Assembly (NCBI GenBank): GCA_949299545.1
Contig: CASGAM010000020.1
Span: 56,432-120,431 of the forward strand
Direction of reading: 5' to 3'
Length of the DNA: 64,000 nucleotides
From: an uncultured Prevotellaceae bacterium
Lineage (GTDB): Bacteria > Bacteroidota > Bacteroidia > Bacteroidales > Bacteroidaceae
The notes below the pieces were generated by a model, which did not search any database, was not told the origin of the DNA, and saw only the letters and a list, made by a program, of their open reading frames with translations. Positions 8,266-20,000 of the stretch are shown piece by piece; positions within the stretch are counted from its first letter, which is position 1, and each line of letters opens with the position of its first letter. Both the position numbers and the translations under genes were made by a program.

Positions 8266-11200
8266 CTAATGACGAATGGTTCGTTTGTTGGTTTTTCCAG
8301 TACTGTCCTTTAGAATGTAAATCCCGTTTGGAAGTGTTTTGAGATATGTTTCGTTTCGGGCTTCGCCAATCTTTATACCACTGACCGTATATATAGATAT
8401 TGTTTCGTTATTTGTTTTAGTTTCGGAAATTGCGTCTGGCATTTCATCAAATGAAACAGCTACCTTGTCAGCAGAAACCCAGCTTTCATCATTCAAAAGT
8501 ACATATAGCCCCAGCCCTTTGATAAAGGAATGCTCGGAAGCTTTAAATTTTTCGCTTTCATATGTTAAGCTATATGGGATGCCATCTTGGCGAATATATG
8601 TTCCTTGGACCGTCAACTCTTCATTTCCTATTGCTTCAGGCTTCGTTTCTGCAGATGATATCCTTTTTTGAATCTCAAAAGAAGTGAATGTTTCGGATGA
8701 TTTTACAAGGTAAACGCCTCCTTCTTCAATGTTGTCGGCATCGGTAAAGTAAAGTTGTAAAATACCATTTTCTGTCTTAGCATATCCTTTGTACTTCTTT
8801 ATTTGAGAGAATAGTCTTTTTGCAGACGCTGAACCAATGTCAAATGGTAAACAAAGTGCAGTCCATTCATTTGCTTTTATGTCCTTTATTACAAGGATGT
8901 TGCGTATAGAAGTAGAATTGTCGATGTCCCATATAGGACTATTCTCATCTAAAACATTAAATTTTAATGTTGATTTTAATTCCGGATAAGTAGTTAACAG
9001 TTCGTAGAGAGAATAAAAACCAATATCTGATATTTCTGCGGTATTGTCTTCAGCTGAGGATGTCAAACCAAAAACGGTGTTGAAACTTTTGCCGTAGCTT
9101 GAGAGCATAACGCTGTCTGACTTAATATTATCAGCTAGTCCTGTTTCTTGGATATCCCAAATAACAAATGTTTCATCATTTTCGTTAGTAACAGTGTATT
9201 TGGGTGCGATCTGGGTTCCATGATTGGCTCCGTTGAGCCACCACAGATAGGAAAGGCCGGGGCCAGTTTTCAGGTTTTTCCCTTTTACGAGGAAATACTT
9301 CTGTTCTATCTTAATAAAGGTCGAATCATCGTATAGTTGGTTGAATTGTAGCGCAATATTGTTTTCTCCGGGTTTGCCGTAAACTTTTATGGTGTTTGCA
9401 TTTCTGTTGTATTCTACTTTGTTGACTCTTGCTGCGTCACCTGATTTCCATTGGTAACAGGTAAATGAGTATGGTTTGACACCTTCATATTCTTTTAGTA
9501 GTCGCAGATAATAAATTCCTGGTGTGGCAGTTGAACCTGTCGCTTCAAATTTGATTGTGATGCTGTCTGTTACGTTGCCATCCTTGTCCTCCAGCATTTC
9601 CTCAGGAATTAGATATTCTACATTATAGAAACCGGAGGCCAGTCGCGGTTCAAGACGAATTTCCTTATATATATGTCCGTTGATGGATAAGGTGTAAATT
9701 CTGCCGGCGTCTGCGCTATGGTATCTACACATCAGGGATACTTTTTCTTTTATGCCTTGTGTTGCTAATTGATAGCTGAACCATTTGCCACTCAATGCGT
9801 CTATATAAAACTCGCCGGAGTAGGAGCCTTTTTCAAAATCACCTTGTAAGACGTGTCCTGCATCGCTTTGTTGTTCGCCAGTTGCGACAAAATCTAAAGT
9901 TCGTTCGTTCAGATGTTGCATTATCTGTTCTTCTGCTATGACTTCATCTTTTATGGCATCCCATTCTTCTTGTGTCATTTGGTTCCAATACATCATGTAG
10001 CGTGCCTCGTGGATAGTAAAAAATGGCTGTAATATTAAATCAGAGAAACGTTTGCTGTTATATAATCCCGTTCTGATTTTGAAAGTCAGTTTGTCACGGC
10101 TTACCATATAAACAGAGTCTAAAACATTTTCGCGTTTTCCAATAAGCATTGGAGCGGAAGTCAAACTGAGTTGTGTTCCTTGAGACGGGGCATGATCCAT
10201 ACGGCCTTCACCTGCGAATTGGCCGACAAGATTCTCTGTGCTTGTTATAGCCCCTAATAATACCGGACCATATTTGAAAGCTACATAATTTGTGTAATTA
10301 GGGCATTCTGTCAGTTCAAGTTGCATCGGGAATTTAATAACGATTTTATCCCCTGTTTTCCATGACTGTTTTACGTATATATATCCGCTGTTGGGAGTAT
10401 CGGAATTTTGTTTGTTTCCGTTTATTTCTAAGGAAAACCCTGTTTTGCACCATTGCGGTTTTCTTAATGCCAATACATACTCGCCATCTTTATCTATCGT
10501 TAAAGTCGTTTCTTCTTCATAAGGAAAAGATGTTGATTGGGTAATACCAAAGATTTCGTTATTTAAGGTGCTTGCGACGAACAGATTCACATAAAGAGTA
10601 TCATTCTTAGGAGAGCGTGCATATACAAATTCTCCATATTTGCTATGGTTTTCCATTCCGGTTCCTACACAGCACCACATCCCTTGGTTTACTTGTGAAT
10701 ACATACGGTAATGTTGTGGGCGCAAACTGGTAAAATAAACGTAGCCTCCTGTAGTGGGGTTTTGCGTTGAAAGAATATGGTTGAGCATCGCTTGTTCGTA
10801 GAAATCGGCATACGTTGTGTTTTGATCGTCAGCAAACAAGTCTTCGGTAAGTTTCATCATGTTGTTGGTATTGCAACTTTCGGGCCCGTCAGGATGGTTG
10901 ATATACTCCGAACAACGTGAGTCTGGTAAGAAATGTTCGCTAATACTGTTTCCTCCTAAAGCAACGGTACGTGAGTTTACGACATCTTTCCAGAAATTAT
11001 GTGCCGCTCTCCGGTAGCTTGTTATCGTGACAGGATCACTTTTGTCGTCTTCTTGCGCTATGCGGGCAAAACCGATGTATTTAGGTACTTGCGTATTGGC
11101 GTGTTTGTTGTCGAGGAATGTGTGGTTTCCCATTTGCATATTGTCAATCATTGTTTTGTGGCTGTAACGGTGTGCCGCGATCAGATATGCTTCTTTGCCT

Positions 11201-11940
11201 GTCATTTTGTAAGCATCAACATACATTTCATTTATGCCTCCATGTTCTGTGTCGAGAATACTTTGTAGAGTGTTATCATTGATATTGGAGATGAGATTGA
11301 CACCCCAATCGCACAGCTTAAGGAAACATCCTTTTGCTTTTTCATTACCACCATAGACCCATGCGTCACGTAATCCGGCATAGATTTTATGAATTGTATA
11401 TAACGGTACATTGCCACGGTTGTTGTTATATGCTGTCAAATCACCTTTATAGATGCCAGTCCACACACTATTATCCGGTAGGCCTCCTATGTATCCATAA
11501 AGTCCGTTTGTATTTTCGTCAAAGACGCGTTGGCATTCGTCCATTTTATCTACGATATAGTCCATGCGTGTTTTCAACTGCATACGTGTGGCTTCGTCTT
11601 TTGTCGTTGCATAAGCTAACGCAAGTGCAGATAAGTAGTGGCCCCCTACATGACCATCTAATCTGAAATTTCCGGATCCCCAGTTTGAAAAGTTGGGATG
11701 TTCGGTTTCCCATTCTGTAAAGCCGGCTTGTCGCATGTATGGGGTTAGCAAACGGTCTGTGTCATATTGTAACAAAGTTTGTATGTTCAAATCCATCGCG
11801 GTTTTAAAGATACCATCATGTAAGGTTACTTCTTGCAAATCAAATAATCGTGGATAAAGCTTGTTTTGTGCTTTTATTGATGTAACTGTTAATAATGAGT
11901 ACGTAAAAGTCAAGGCCAAAATCCGAATTGTATTTTTCAT
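8266..11940 (-). CDS. GH127/GH146-type beta-L-arabinofuranosidase family protein with accessory domains and T9SS-type C-terminus
   Basis: Signal peptide; LDGHVGGHYLSA, EHGGINE, HANTQVPK, ESCNTNNM, WCCVGTGMENH; C-terminal IYTVSGIKI...LPNGIYILK. Confidence 0.88.
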   Translation of the reverse strand: MKNTIRILALTFTYSLLTVTSIKAQNKLYPRLFDLQEVTLHDGIFKTAMDLNIQTLLQYDTDRLLTPYMRQAGFTEWETEHPNFSNWGSGNFRLDGHVGGHYLSALALAYATTKDEATRMQLKTRMDYIVDKMDECQRVFDENTNGLYGYIGGLPDNSVWTGIYKGDLTAYNNNRGNVPLYTIHKIYAGLRDAWVYGGNEKAKGCFLKLCDWGVNLISNINDNTLQSILDTEHGGINEMYVDAYKMTGKEAYLIAAHRYSHKTMIDNMQMGNHTFLDNKHANTQVPKYIGFARIAQEDDKSDPVTITSYRRAAHNFWKDVVNSRTVALGGNSISEHFLPDSRCSEYINHPDGPESCNTNNMMKLTEDLFADDQNTTYADFYEQAMLNHILSTQNPTTGGYVYFTSLRPQHYRMYSQVNQGMWCCVGTGMENHSKYGEFVYARSPKNDTLYVNLFVASTLNNEIFGITQSTSFPYEEETTLTIDKDGEYVLALRKPQWCKTGFSLEINGNKQNSDTPNSGYIYVKQSWKTGDKIVIKFPMQLELTECPNYTNYVAFKYGPVLLGAITSTENLVGQFAGEGRMDHAPSQGTQLSLTSAPMLIGKRENVLDSVYMVSRDKLTFKIRTGLYNSKRFSDLILQPFFTIHEARYMMYWNQMTQEEWDAIKDEVIAEEQIMQHLNERTLDFVATGEQQSDAGHVLQGDFEKGSYSGEFYIDALSGKWFSYQLATQGIKEKVSLMCRYHSADAGRIYTLSINGHIYKEIRLEPRLASGFYNVEYLIPEEMLEDKDGNVTDSITIKFEATGSTATPGIYYLRLLKEYEGVKPYSFTCYQWKSGDAARVNKVEYNRNANTIKVYGKPGENNIALQFNQLYDDSTFIKIEQKYFLVKGKNLKTGPGLSYLWWLNGANHGTQIAPKYTVTNENDETFVIWDIQETGLADNIKSDSVMLSSYGKSFNTVFGLTSSAEDNTAEISDIGFYSLYELLTTYPELKSTLKFNVLDENSPIWDIDNSTSIRNILVIKDIKANEWTALCLPFDIGSASAKRLFSQIKKYKGYAKTENGILQLYFTDADNIEEGGVYLVKSSETFTSFEIQKRISSAETKPEAIGNEELTVQGTYIRQDGIPYSLTYESEKFKASEHSFIKGLGLYVLLNDESWVSADKVAVSFDEMPDAISETKTNNETISIYTVSGIKIGEARNETYLKTLPNGIYILKDSTGKTNKRTIRH

Positions 11941-12384
11941 ATTTCTTTGTAATTTAATGGTAAAAATGGTTTGTTCTCAATTTTATCACAACAAAATAAT
12001 AAAAAGATTGAGAAAAGGTGAGATGGTAAATTCCTTAAAAATGGGAGTCAAATGTCGCATGCATCAAAAATACCCTGTTTTTAACGAGATACACCCCTCT
12101 TGTTTCATAAAAGAAACTTTTTATAACAAAGAAACGAGAAAAATTGTCTTATACTATAAAATAAAAAGAGGGAGTTTTATAATTGCTAAATGTTTATCGG
12201 CTATGGAAAAATATGTCATCACTTTCCTTTACTTAATTTTTTTTGATTATTTTTGTATGGTTATGGGATTGTCGGATGGGGAGGAAGCGTCAGATGATTA
12301 CAAATAGACTCATATTTCTAAATATGGTCCTTCCGGTTAGACTTTAACATTTAAACTCTTGTAAAGGACATTAGTCAGATAATC

Positions 12385-15198
12385 ATGAAAAACCAGCTTC
12401 TTCGAATCATTTTGTTAATAATGATTTCTCAAACAGCAAGGGCGCAATCGCCAGTTTTATCACCCATACCAGCTCTTCATCGATTGCCGGTTAATGCCAT
12501 ACATAGAATTTTTCAGGATTCAGAAGGTTATATGTGGTATGGAACAGTAAATGGTTTATGTCGTGACGATGGATACCAGATAAAAGTGTTTAGGACAGAT
12601 TTCAACCAAAGAGGTCTTCTTGCTGACAACTTGATTGAATGTATCACCGAGGACAATAATGGATATATTTGGTTCGGTACAGATAAGGGAGCTTATCAAT
12701 TGGAAAAACGAACTTATCGGGTGAAAGAGGTCAATGAAACACGAAACAAAATGGTGCATCAAATGTACCGTACACGTGACGGCCATATTTGGATTGCCTT
12801 AAAAGATTCTCTATTGGAATATGATGCCCATCAAAAATTGAAAACGGTTTATTCTACAGAAGGTTGTTATGCTGGGGGATTTTGTCAAAACAGGAATGGT
12901 GAAATCATTGTCAGTTTGCAACGTGGTGGTCTCTATAGGATAGACTCTTTACGCCGGCAATTGGACCCTTATGTTTCAACAATGTCATTGCCTAATCCCG
13001 GCTGGATTATTCAGGATACTAGGCATAGTTATTATTGGGTCGGCTCGTGGGGCAGGGGGATTTACCGTTTTGATCCGTCGATGCCCGAGGATATGCAGTT
13101 GGAAGCCATGTCGGTTACACAGGCTCCTGCAAGTGATCCTCGTATAATTTATTTTACCCAAGAGTTGAGGAGCGGTGATTTGTGGGTAACAACATCTACT
13201 GGCCTTTCTTACTATACGGTAAACAACCACAGAATAGAACGTAAGATATCCTTTGTTAATGAAGGACGGTCTGTTATGTTGAATGATGTTATTTTTGACA
13301 AAATGGAAAATTTGTGGGTATCTGCTTTCGATTGTCCGAGTTTCATTATTCATCGACAAACGGAGACGCCACGGTTTCATGCATTACCAGCATTGAAATC
13401 CCATACAGATTTTCAGCCTGCAATCATGACCATTGCTCCAGCTGGGAATAATTTGATATGGATTTTTCAGGAACGTACGGGCGTTTTTCTTTATAATTTG
13501 GAAAAGGAACATGCCGTATGGCATAAAGATTTTAAAACTACCTTCAGTTTACCATTGGGGTTAGTGAAGTTAATGGCACCGTCCAAAAATGAAACGGATG
13601 TTTGGGTCGTTCCGGAACATGGTTTGCAAGCCTTCCTGTTCAGTCATGATTATAATAGTATCTATACGAAAGGTTCTATAGATATTCGTAAATATGCCAA
13701 TCATAAAAGTATCACGGCTATGTTGGAGACAGCTGACGGAGAAACCATATGGTTGGGTACTCAGGTCGGACTTATTAAGTACGAACCGGCAAAGAACACA
13801 ATAAAAGAGTTGCATCCCCACATAGGCCATGTTTCTCAATTACAGGAAGACAAAGAAGGCAATATTTGGATTTCTACAACCGATAAAGGTTTATATAAGA
13901 TGCAAAAAGAGTTGCTCTTGCATGCAAATTTTCCGCAGGCGTTTTCTTGTTTGTCTATAGCTGATAACGGGTTGTTATGGTTAGGAAGCCATGAAGGAGA
14001 TTTGCTTAGTTATGATCCGTTGACGCATAAGAGTAAAAGTTATAATCGGATATGTCATCTTGACGGAAATATGGTTAACCGGATTTTTACTGATGAATTT
14101 GGGCAGATATGGGCCAGCACTAACCAGGAAGTAATTGAACTAAATCCACAAAATGATTCGTACAGGACTTATCAGACTACCGATCTTGCAAGTCGCATGT
14201 GGCGCTTCATTCCGACAGCTGCTTGTAAGACGCCGGACGGCCATATTTATTTTGGCGGCATGCCGGGTATCCTTGAATTTACGCCGTCTAATAGTTTGGA
14301 ACGTAGGGCGGGGACGGTTAAGACCGTTATAACAGATGTCACTGTTAACGGACGGTCGCTTCCATTCGACCTTCATCAACCAATTCATGCCGATTCTCTC
14401 ATCGAACTTGCGCCGGACGAGGAGCGTCTTAACATCTTTTTTTCTTCACTTCAGCATTTGACAGCAGCAAAAACACGTTACGCTTACAGACTGAAAGATG
14501 TTGACAAGGATTGGCTGTATACTTCTGAGGGCGAGAATAAAGCTGTTTATAACAATCTACCGTCAGGCAATCATGTTTTTGAAGTTAAGGCGACAGATAA
14601 CAATGGTTTGTGGAGTCAAGACATTGCTTATTTGAGAATCTACAAACGGCCACCTGTATACGCTACGCCGTGGGCCATTGCTTTATATGTTTTTGCATTG
14701 GTTGCGTTGACATTACTTTTGTTCAGGATATATGTCCGCAGATTGGAGAAAAAGAATGAGGAATTGTGGTCAGACAGTGAGGAAATGTTGCGCATGCGTC
14801 TTTATCTTAAACAGCAGCCCGTCGCGACAGAAGAAGACGCGCAGCTTGATCGGATCTTTATTGACAAAATGACCGATACTATTGTTGAGTATATTGAAAC
14901 ACCTGACTTTGACGTCAGTAAACTGGCCAGCCTAATGAATATGTCGCGCTCTACATTGACCAGAAAGCTCAAGGCTATTACGGGAAAAACACCATTGGAT
15001 TTTATTCGTCATTTAAAAATGGAAAAAGCTTGTCAACTTCTTAATGACAGAAACAAGACTATAAGCGAGGTGGCACTTATGTTGGGTTATTACGATCGTA
15101 AGTATTTTACAATATGTTTTAAGGAAGAATTCGGAATTACGCCGAGCGAATATAGGAATATGTCTGCCATAGACAAACAGGATACTTCGGGAATGTGA
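12385..15198 (+). CDS. Membrane-spanning AraC regulator with HTCS-type beta-propeller/Y_Y_Y sensor, lacking kinase and receiver domains
   Basis: QDSEGYMWYGTVNGLCRDDG propeller repeats, YAYRLKDVDKDW...YNNLPSGNHVFEVKA (Y_Y_Y), TM helix, then directly an AraC HTH (MSRSTLTRKLK...YFTICFKEEFGITPSEYR). Confidence 0.88.
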   Translation: MKNQLLRIILLIMISQTARAQSPVLSPIPALHRLPVNAIHRIFQDSEGYMWYGTVNGLCRDDGYQIKVFRTDFNQRGLLADNLIECITEDNNGYIWFGTDKGAYQLEKRTYRVKEVNETRNKMVHQMYRTRDGHIWIALKDSLLEYDAHQKLKTVYSTEGCYAGGFCQNRNGEIIVSLQRGGLYRIDSLRRQLDPYVSTMSLPNPGWIIQDTRHSYYWVGSWGRGIYRFDPSMPEDMQLEAMSVTQAPASDPRIIYFTQELRSGDLWVTTSTGLSYYTVNNHRIERKISFVNEGRSVMLNDVIFDKMENLWVSAFDCPSFIIHRQTETPRFHALPALKSHTDFQPAIMTIAPAGNNLIWIFQERTGVFLYNLEKEHAVWHKDFKTTFSLPLGLVKLMAPSKNETDVWVVPEHGLQAFLFSHDYNSIYTKGSIDIRKYANHKSITAMLETADGETIWLGTQVGLIKYEPAKNTIKELHPHIGHVSQLQEDKEGNIWISTTDKGLYKMQKELLLHANFPQAFSCLSIADNGLLWLGSHEGDLLSYDPLTHKSKSYNRICHLDGNMVNRIFTDEFGQIWASTNQEVIELNPQNDSYRTYQTTDLASRMWRFIPTAACKTPDGHIYFGGMPGILEFTPSNSLERRAGTVKTVITDVTVNGRSLPFDLHQPIHADSLIELAPDEERLNIFFSSLQHLTAAKTRYAYRLKDVDKDWLYTSEGENKAVYNNLPSGNHVFEVKATDNNGLWSQDIAYLRIYKRPPVYATPWAIALYVFALVALTLLLFRIYVRRLEKKNEELWSDSEEMLRMRLYLKQQPVATEEDAQLDRIFIDKMTDTIVEYIETPDFDVSKLASLMNMSRSTLTRKLKAITGKTPLDFIRHLKMEKACQLLNDRNKTISEVALMLGYYDRKYFTICFKEEFGITPSEYRNMSAIDKQDTSGM

Positions 15199-15277
15199 AA
15201 CGTGTGGCGTTTTTGAAAGATGAGAAGGATTGGCTCCAATGATAAAGTTTGGCAAGAATAAGAGACTTTGGGGGCCT

Positions 15278-15760
15278 TCAATCTTTTTCAATCAGAACGG
15301 TTGCATAAGCAGAGATGCCTTCTTCCCGTCCGGTAAATCCTAATTTTTCGGTGGTAGTGGCTTTAATAGACATGTCATCTTGGTCTATTCCCATTGTTAA
15401 GGCCATACATTTCTGCATTTCCGGTATGTATGTCTTTAGTTTAGGACGTTCGGCGCAAACGGTTGCATCGACATTTCCCACATGGTAACCTTTTGAAGCA
15501 ATCAACTCTACTGTTTTTTTCAACAGTATTTTGCTGTCGATATTGTGAAAATCTTCTGATGTGTCTGGAAAATGAAAGCCGATGTCGCGCATGTTTGCTG
15601 CTCCTAAAAGTGCATCACAGACCGCATGAATCAGTACGTCTGCATCACTATGTCCCAATAAGCCCATTTCGTGTGATATCTTAATACCGCCCAACCAAAG
15701 TTCTCTGTCACGGACTAACCGGTGTACATCGAAACCGAACCCAACTCTTAACTTGCTCAT
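15278..15760 (-). CDS. ispF: 2-C-methyl-D-erythritol 2,4-cyclodiphosphate synthase
   Basis: RVGFGFDVH, GHSDADVLIHA, KATTTEKLGFTGREEG; start MSKLRV at 15760. Confidence 0.97.
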   Translation of the reverse strand: MSKLRVGFGFDVHRLVRDRELWLGGIKISHEMGLLGHSDADVLIHAVCDALLGAANMRDIGFHFPDTSEDFHNIDSKILLKKTVELIASKGYHVGNVDATVCAERPKLKTYIPEMQKCMALTMGIDQDDMSIKATTTEKLGFTGREEGISAYATVLIEKD

Positions 15761-15785
15761 GACTTTTTTATATTGTATGCTTTTT

Positions 15786-16967
15786 TTAGCGTCTTCTACC
15801 AAACAAGTCTTTCATTCCGTCAAGGTCAAACCCGAGGGTGAATCGCATGGTTTGGTCCAAAGGATTATTCTGTGAAATAGAGAATAGATAACCGCAGTCA
15901 AGCGAAAAGACGCTCATTCGGAAGCCTGCACCAAAAGTGAGATATTTGCGGTTTCCTTTGTTTGGATGCTCGTGATGGTAGCCGCCTCTTAGCATGAAAC
16001 GGTCGTTGTAGGTGTATTCCATACCGACACTCCATCTGATTTCTTGCAGTTCTTCTTTAAAACCGTTGGGGGCGTCAGAAAAACTTCTGAAAATACCTGC
16101 AATAGGTGAAATGTCGTAGTACTCGCGTTGTACGCGGTCTGTATAATCGACATCTGTTTCGCCTTCACGCTGTTTGGGATAAGTCGGCAGCATCAGTTTG
16201 TTGGCTTCTGCAGCTAAGGATAATTTGTTATATTCGTTAAAGGGGATAAGCAGATTCATGCCGAGACGCATGTTGGTCGGGATAAATTCCGAGTTGTCGT
16301 CACCGCCATATGAGATCTTGCTACCGATATTGCTCAGATTGAGTCCCAGTGCAAAGTTGCACTCTCGGTTTCCCGCTATGAAATACTTGTTCCAATACAT
16401 GGCAATGTCTGCAGCGAAGGCTTTTCCAGGTGATGTATCGTCAGAATAATCGTAGGTAATGTCCGAGTAGATAAAGCGCAGGGCAACGGCTGCCGAGAAA
16501 TTTTCACTTAACAGACGTGAATATCCCACGTCTATTGACATTTCATACGGGCTGATGGTCATGTCAAGTGCGCCGTCTGTACCGGAACTTGTATAAACCT
16601 CTCCTAATGAGAAATAATTAAGAGAAGCACTTATAGCCTGATAGTCACCGATGCGATAAAAGCCACTTACATACGCCAAGTTGATGTCGTTGACCAACTG
16701 TCGTAACCAAGGAGTGTAGTTGACAGCAACCCCGGCGCGTTCGATGCAGAACGGATATTTTGCCGGATTCCAGTATTGGGAATTGGCGTCCGGTTCGGTA
16801 GCGGCACCGATGTCTCCCAGAGAACCACCTCTTGCATCAGGTGCAATGATAAGGGCGGGTACACTGTATTGTTCGGGATTAAACATATTCCGCTTATCTT
16901 GTGCCTTTATATTTTGGCCCAATATGAACAGTATGGATATGATTGCTATTAATATGCTTTTCCTCAT
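15786..16967 (-). CDS. porV: Type IX secretion system outer membrane protein PorV
   Basis: IAPDARGGSLGD, YWNPAKY, YTPWL, KGNRKY, NPLDQTMRF; lies between porU and ispF. Confidence 0.95.
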   Translation of the reverse strand: MRKSILIAIISILFILGQNIKAQDKRNMFNPEQYSVPALIIAPDARGGSLGDIGAATEPDANSQYWNPAKYPFCIERAGVAVNYTPWLRQLVNDINLAYVSGFYRIGDYQAISASLNYFSLGEVYTSSGTDGALDMTISPYEMSIDVGYSRLLSENFSAAVALRFIYSDITYDYSDDTSPGKAFAADIAMYWNKYFIAGNRECNFALGLNLSNIGSKISYGGDDNSEFIPTNMRLGMNLLIPFNEYNKLSLAAEANKLMLPTYPKQREGETDVDYTDRVQREYYDISPIAGIFRSFSDAPNGFKEELQEIRWSVGMEYTYNDRFMLRGGYHHEHPNKGNRKYLTFGAGFRMSVFSLDCGYLFSISQNNPLDQTMRFTLGFDLDGMKDLFGRRR

Positions 16968-17009
16968 AATAAAGTTACTCTTACACTTATTGAATAACGG
17001 GGTATGTTT

Positions 17010-20000
17010 TTATTTATTGCATCTCACCAATATTTTGTTCGTACGGCTGGAAGCCTTGCTGTCCGGAGTGGATACGGTTGCCCTGTAAAGATACACACCG
17101 GTTTGTAATCTTCCGCCCCCTGAGGTCGTCAGATTCCACGGGATACGGCAGATACCGTCTGATGCAGTCCCGCTTTCCGTATATTCCCATATTACGCGGC
17201 CTGCTAAATCTATTACTTCCACTTTGACGTCTGCGGTTGTTCCGGGGCGATCATGTTGCACGACGAAAGTCGTGGAGGTCGTGGCCGGATTTTGTGTGCT
17301 GAATATATCTACAATTTCCGGTGCCAAACTTCCGTTCACGTTGAAATGCAACGTAATTTCAGAGGAATTGTTCATTACATCCCAGGCTTTGAAACGCAAC
17401 GTATGTTTACCATTTGTCATGCGGGGTATGGAATAAGCTAAAGTTCCGCGGGTGTAATCGCCAAAATCGTTTTCAAAATAGCTGTTCAGGTTATAAGTTT
17501 GTTGTGGGTCGTTGTCAATGGAAAGTTCTAAATTATGCCCCACGCCGTTTCCTGTGGTATTGATTCCACTGGCATCTTCTAAAGATGCTACGAAATATGG
17601 CTCTGCATTGACGGTCATGCCGTCGATAAAACCTTCTCTGTTCAAATATGCCGCAATTTGCGGTCCCTCGTTGTCTGTTTCCCAGTCGTCAGCTGTTCCG
17701 CCAACTACGAAATGTTCGTTGTAGCCGTTTGCTTCCAATGTACTTTCATTATTTATTGCATAGAACACCATTCGTCCTGTTTCGCTGCTGTATTTAATGT
17801 CGAGCGGTACTGGGAATGTCAGGCTGAATTGCCCGTTTCTTATTGAATCACGGCCGTTATAAAGTGTTTTGTCACGGGTTGTAAAAGTGAATGCTTCGTC
17901 TGCACCACTATTATTCAGGCAAGTTATTAGGCTTTCGCTGTCGTAAAACGTTACTGTCAATGCTCCATTGAATGATGTTTGGTGAGTGCCGTTGCCATCT
18001 TCTATATGTCCTGAAATATGGGCGATGCTTCCGGCCTGGAACTGTGCCGGGTCGGCCGTTTCATCCATTTTCTTACCGTTGATACTGTCCACCACGACCC
18101 GTAATGTCGGTTTTCCTAAGATCAGTGCCGGATCACCTAACAAAACATAATGAATCTTGTTAGCCGTGTAATCAGTTGCTCCTCCAGGTGTAACCAAGTT
18201 GACCTTAGAGAGACGGACGGCATCTCCGAGAGTATTACGTTGCCCGTATTCATTCAAGCCTAATACGAAACGGGTAAAGTAACGGTTCATCATGACATTC
18301 TGTTGGGCATAAACGGTGCGTGCCGTACCGTAAAACGCGACGGCGCTGCCGGTAGGATGCTTGACTGCTGTTTCGCCGATATTATCTTCATTCATATCGA
18401 ACGGTGCGACGTCGCAAGCTGCTGTCATCCATAAAGGAATGCGTGGAGAGTTGAAAGAGTTGAACTCAGACAGTGTCAGTACAAATTCGTGTGATAGCCC
18501 ACGTGCATGGCCGTGTCCCGTATAGTTCATCATCAAACACCCTGTTTCCATTTGTCTTTTTATATCAGAAACGGCTCCCGGATATGTATAGCCAGTGGCG
18601 CCGGCTTCACGGGTATATGCGTCCCAGTAGATACGGTTCACTTGCATCCCGGGGTATTCATTTTCAATAATGGAGGCTACTTCTTCTGCCATTTCTAAAT
18701 GTTGGTTGTTGTCTCCGTCATCCCCGAGTATGCAAACCGTATTTTTCCAAGCGCCGGCGTACTTGTTCTCCATATAAGCGATTGTCTTGTCTACCATGAT
18801 GCCGGCTTCGCTTTCCGTGGTGACGGGGAAGCGTCCGATTCCGATGTCTACCTTATTGGTCAGTAAAGAATTGCCTTCTCCGTCATCGAGCAACCCGAAG
18901 TAATCTTCCATCACATAGCTGTTGGTTTCACTTACTGAGTTCTCCGATTCGTAGCACAGCAGGTAGTCATCAGGATTTTTGCTTCGCAATCCGGCAGTGT
19001 ACATACGATTGTCCCACACACCGGCACCGAACAGCAACAGATAACGCGGCATGTCTTCTTCTGATTCCGCCCGGTCGTAAAGCATCTTCATGAAGCGCCG
19101 GTAAGCTGTGGCATCGGGCGTTCCGGACGAGAACTCGTTGTATATCTGGTCTGCCCGGACGACGATTGTGCGGAGGCCGTCTATACGCTCATGTGCTTCT
19201 GCAAGGCGTTGTGCCTGAGCTGTCAGTTTTCCGCTTTTGGGGACAATAATGACCATGTCTGTAGCTCCTGTGGCGTGCAGGTTTTGATTGGCAACATCTT
19301 CCACATATTCGGGGGCAGGATAATCTGCGTCCAAATCGACTGCCACATAACGTTCTGAGGCGGGATTGCTGACCCGGTAACTCCAGACATTCCCCTCTTT
19401 GTTTGAGGACGGTATTTCGACTAACGGTTGTCCGCGTCGGCCCAATCTCCATAAAACGACATTGCTACGTCCGTTGACGTCGATGAGAAATTCGATAACA
19501 TCGGTATGGTTATGGGCAACCGTCATATAAGGCTGCGACATAATAAACCGACGTTCATATACGAGTTTCAGATAATTAAGTCGTGCGTCGGAGCCGGCTG
19601 TTGTTGTCAGTGTGACATCAACCGTATTGCCTGTCAGGTATATGTTATAGGTGGAGGTTCCCGTTGCGGCCCTAGTGTATTCCGGCAGACTGCCGATGGT
19701 GAATGTAGCCAATGTCGTTCCGTTTACGGTTGGGGTCACGGTAGTGGGGGTTGAGGAGGCCGCCGTGAAAGCAATCTGCAAAGTTCCCGAAACGTTGGCA
19801 TCATGTGTTGTCAGGCTGTAAGTGCGCTGGTTGCCATTTGCATAATTGTAGTTTTCATACAGATTACGTCCGCTGGAGTACCATGCAAACTCTTCTTTTT
19901 TATATAAAGTCGCGTCATACCAACTGTTAACAAGAACTTCCGGTTCCGTTGTCGGCAACTCTGCCAGAAGGATGGATAAAGGTGCATCTCCTTCGGTCAG

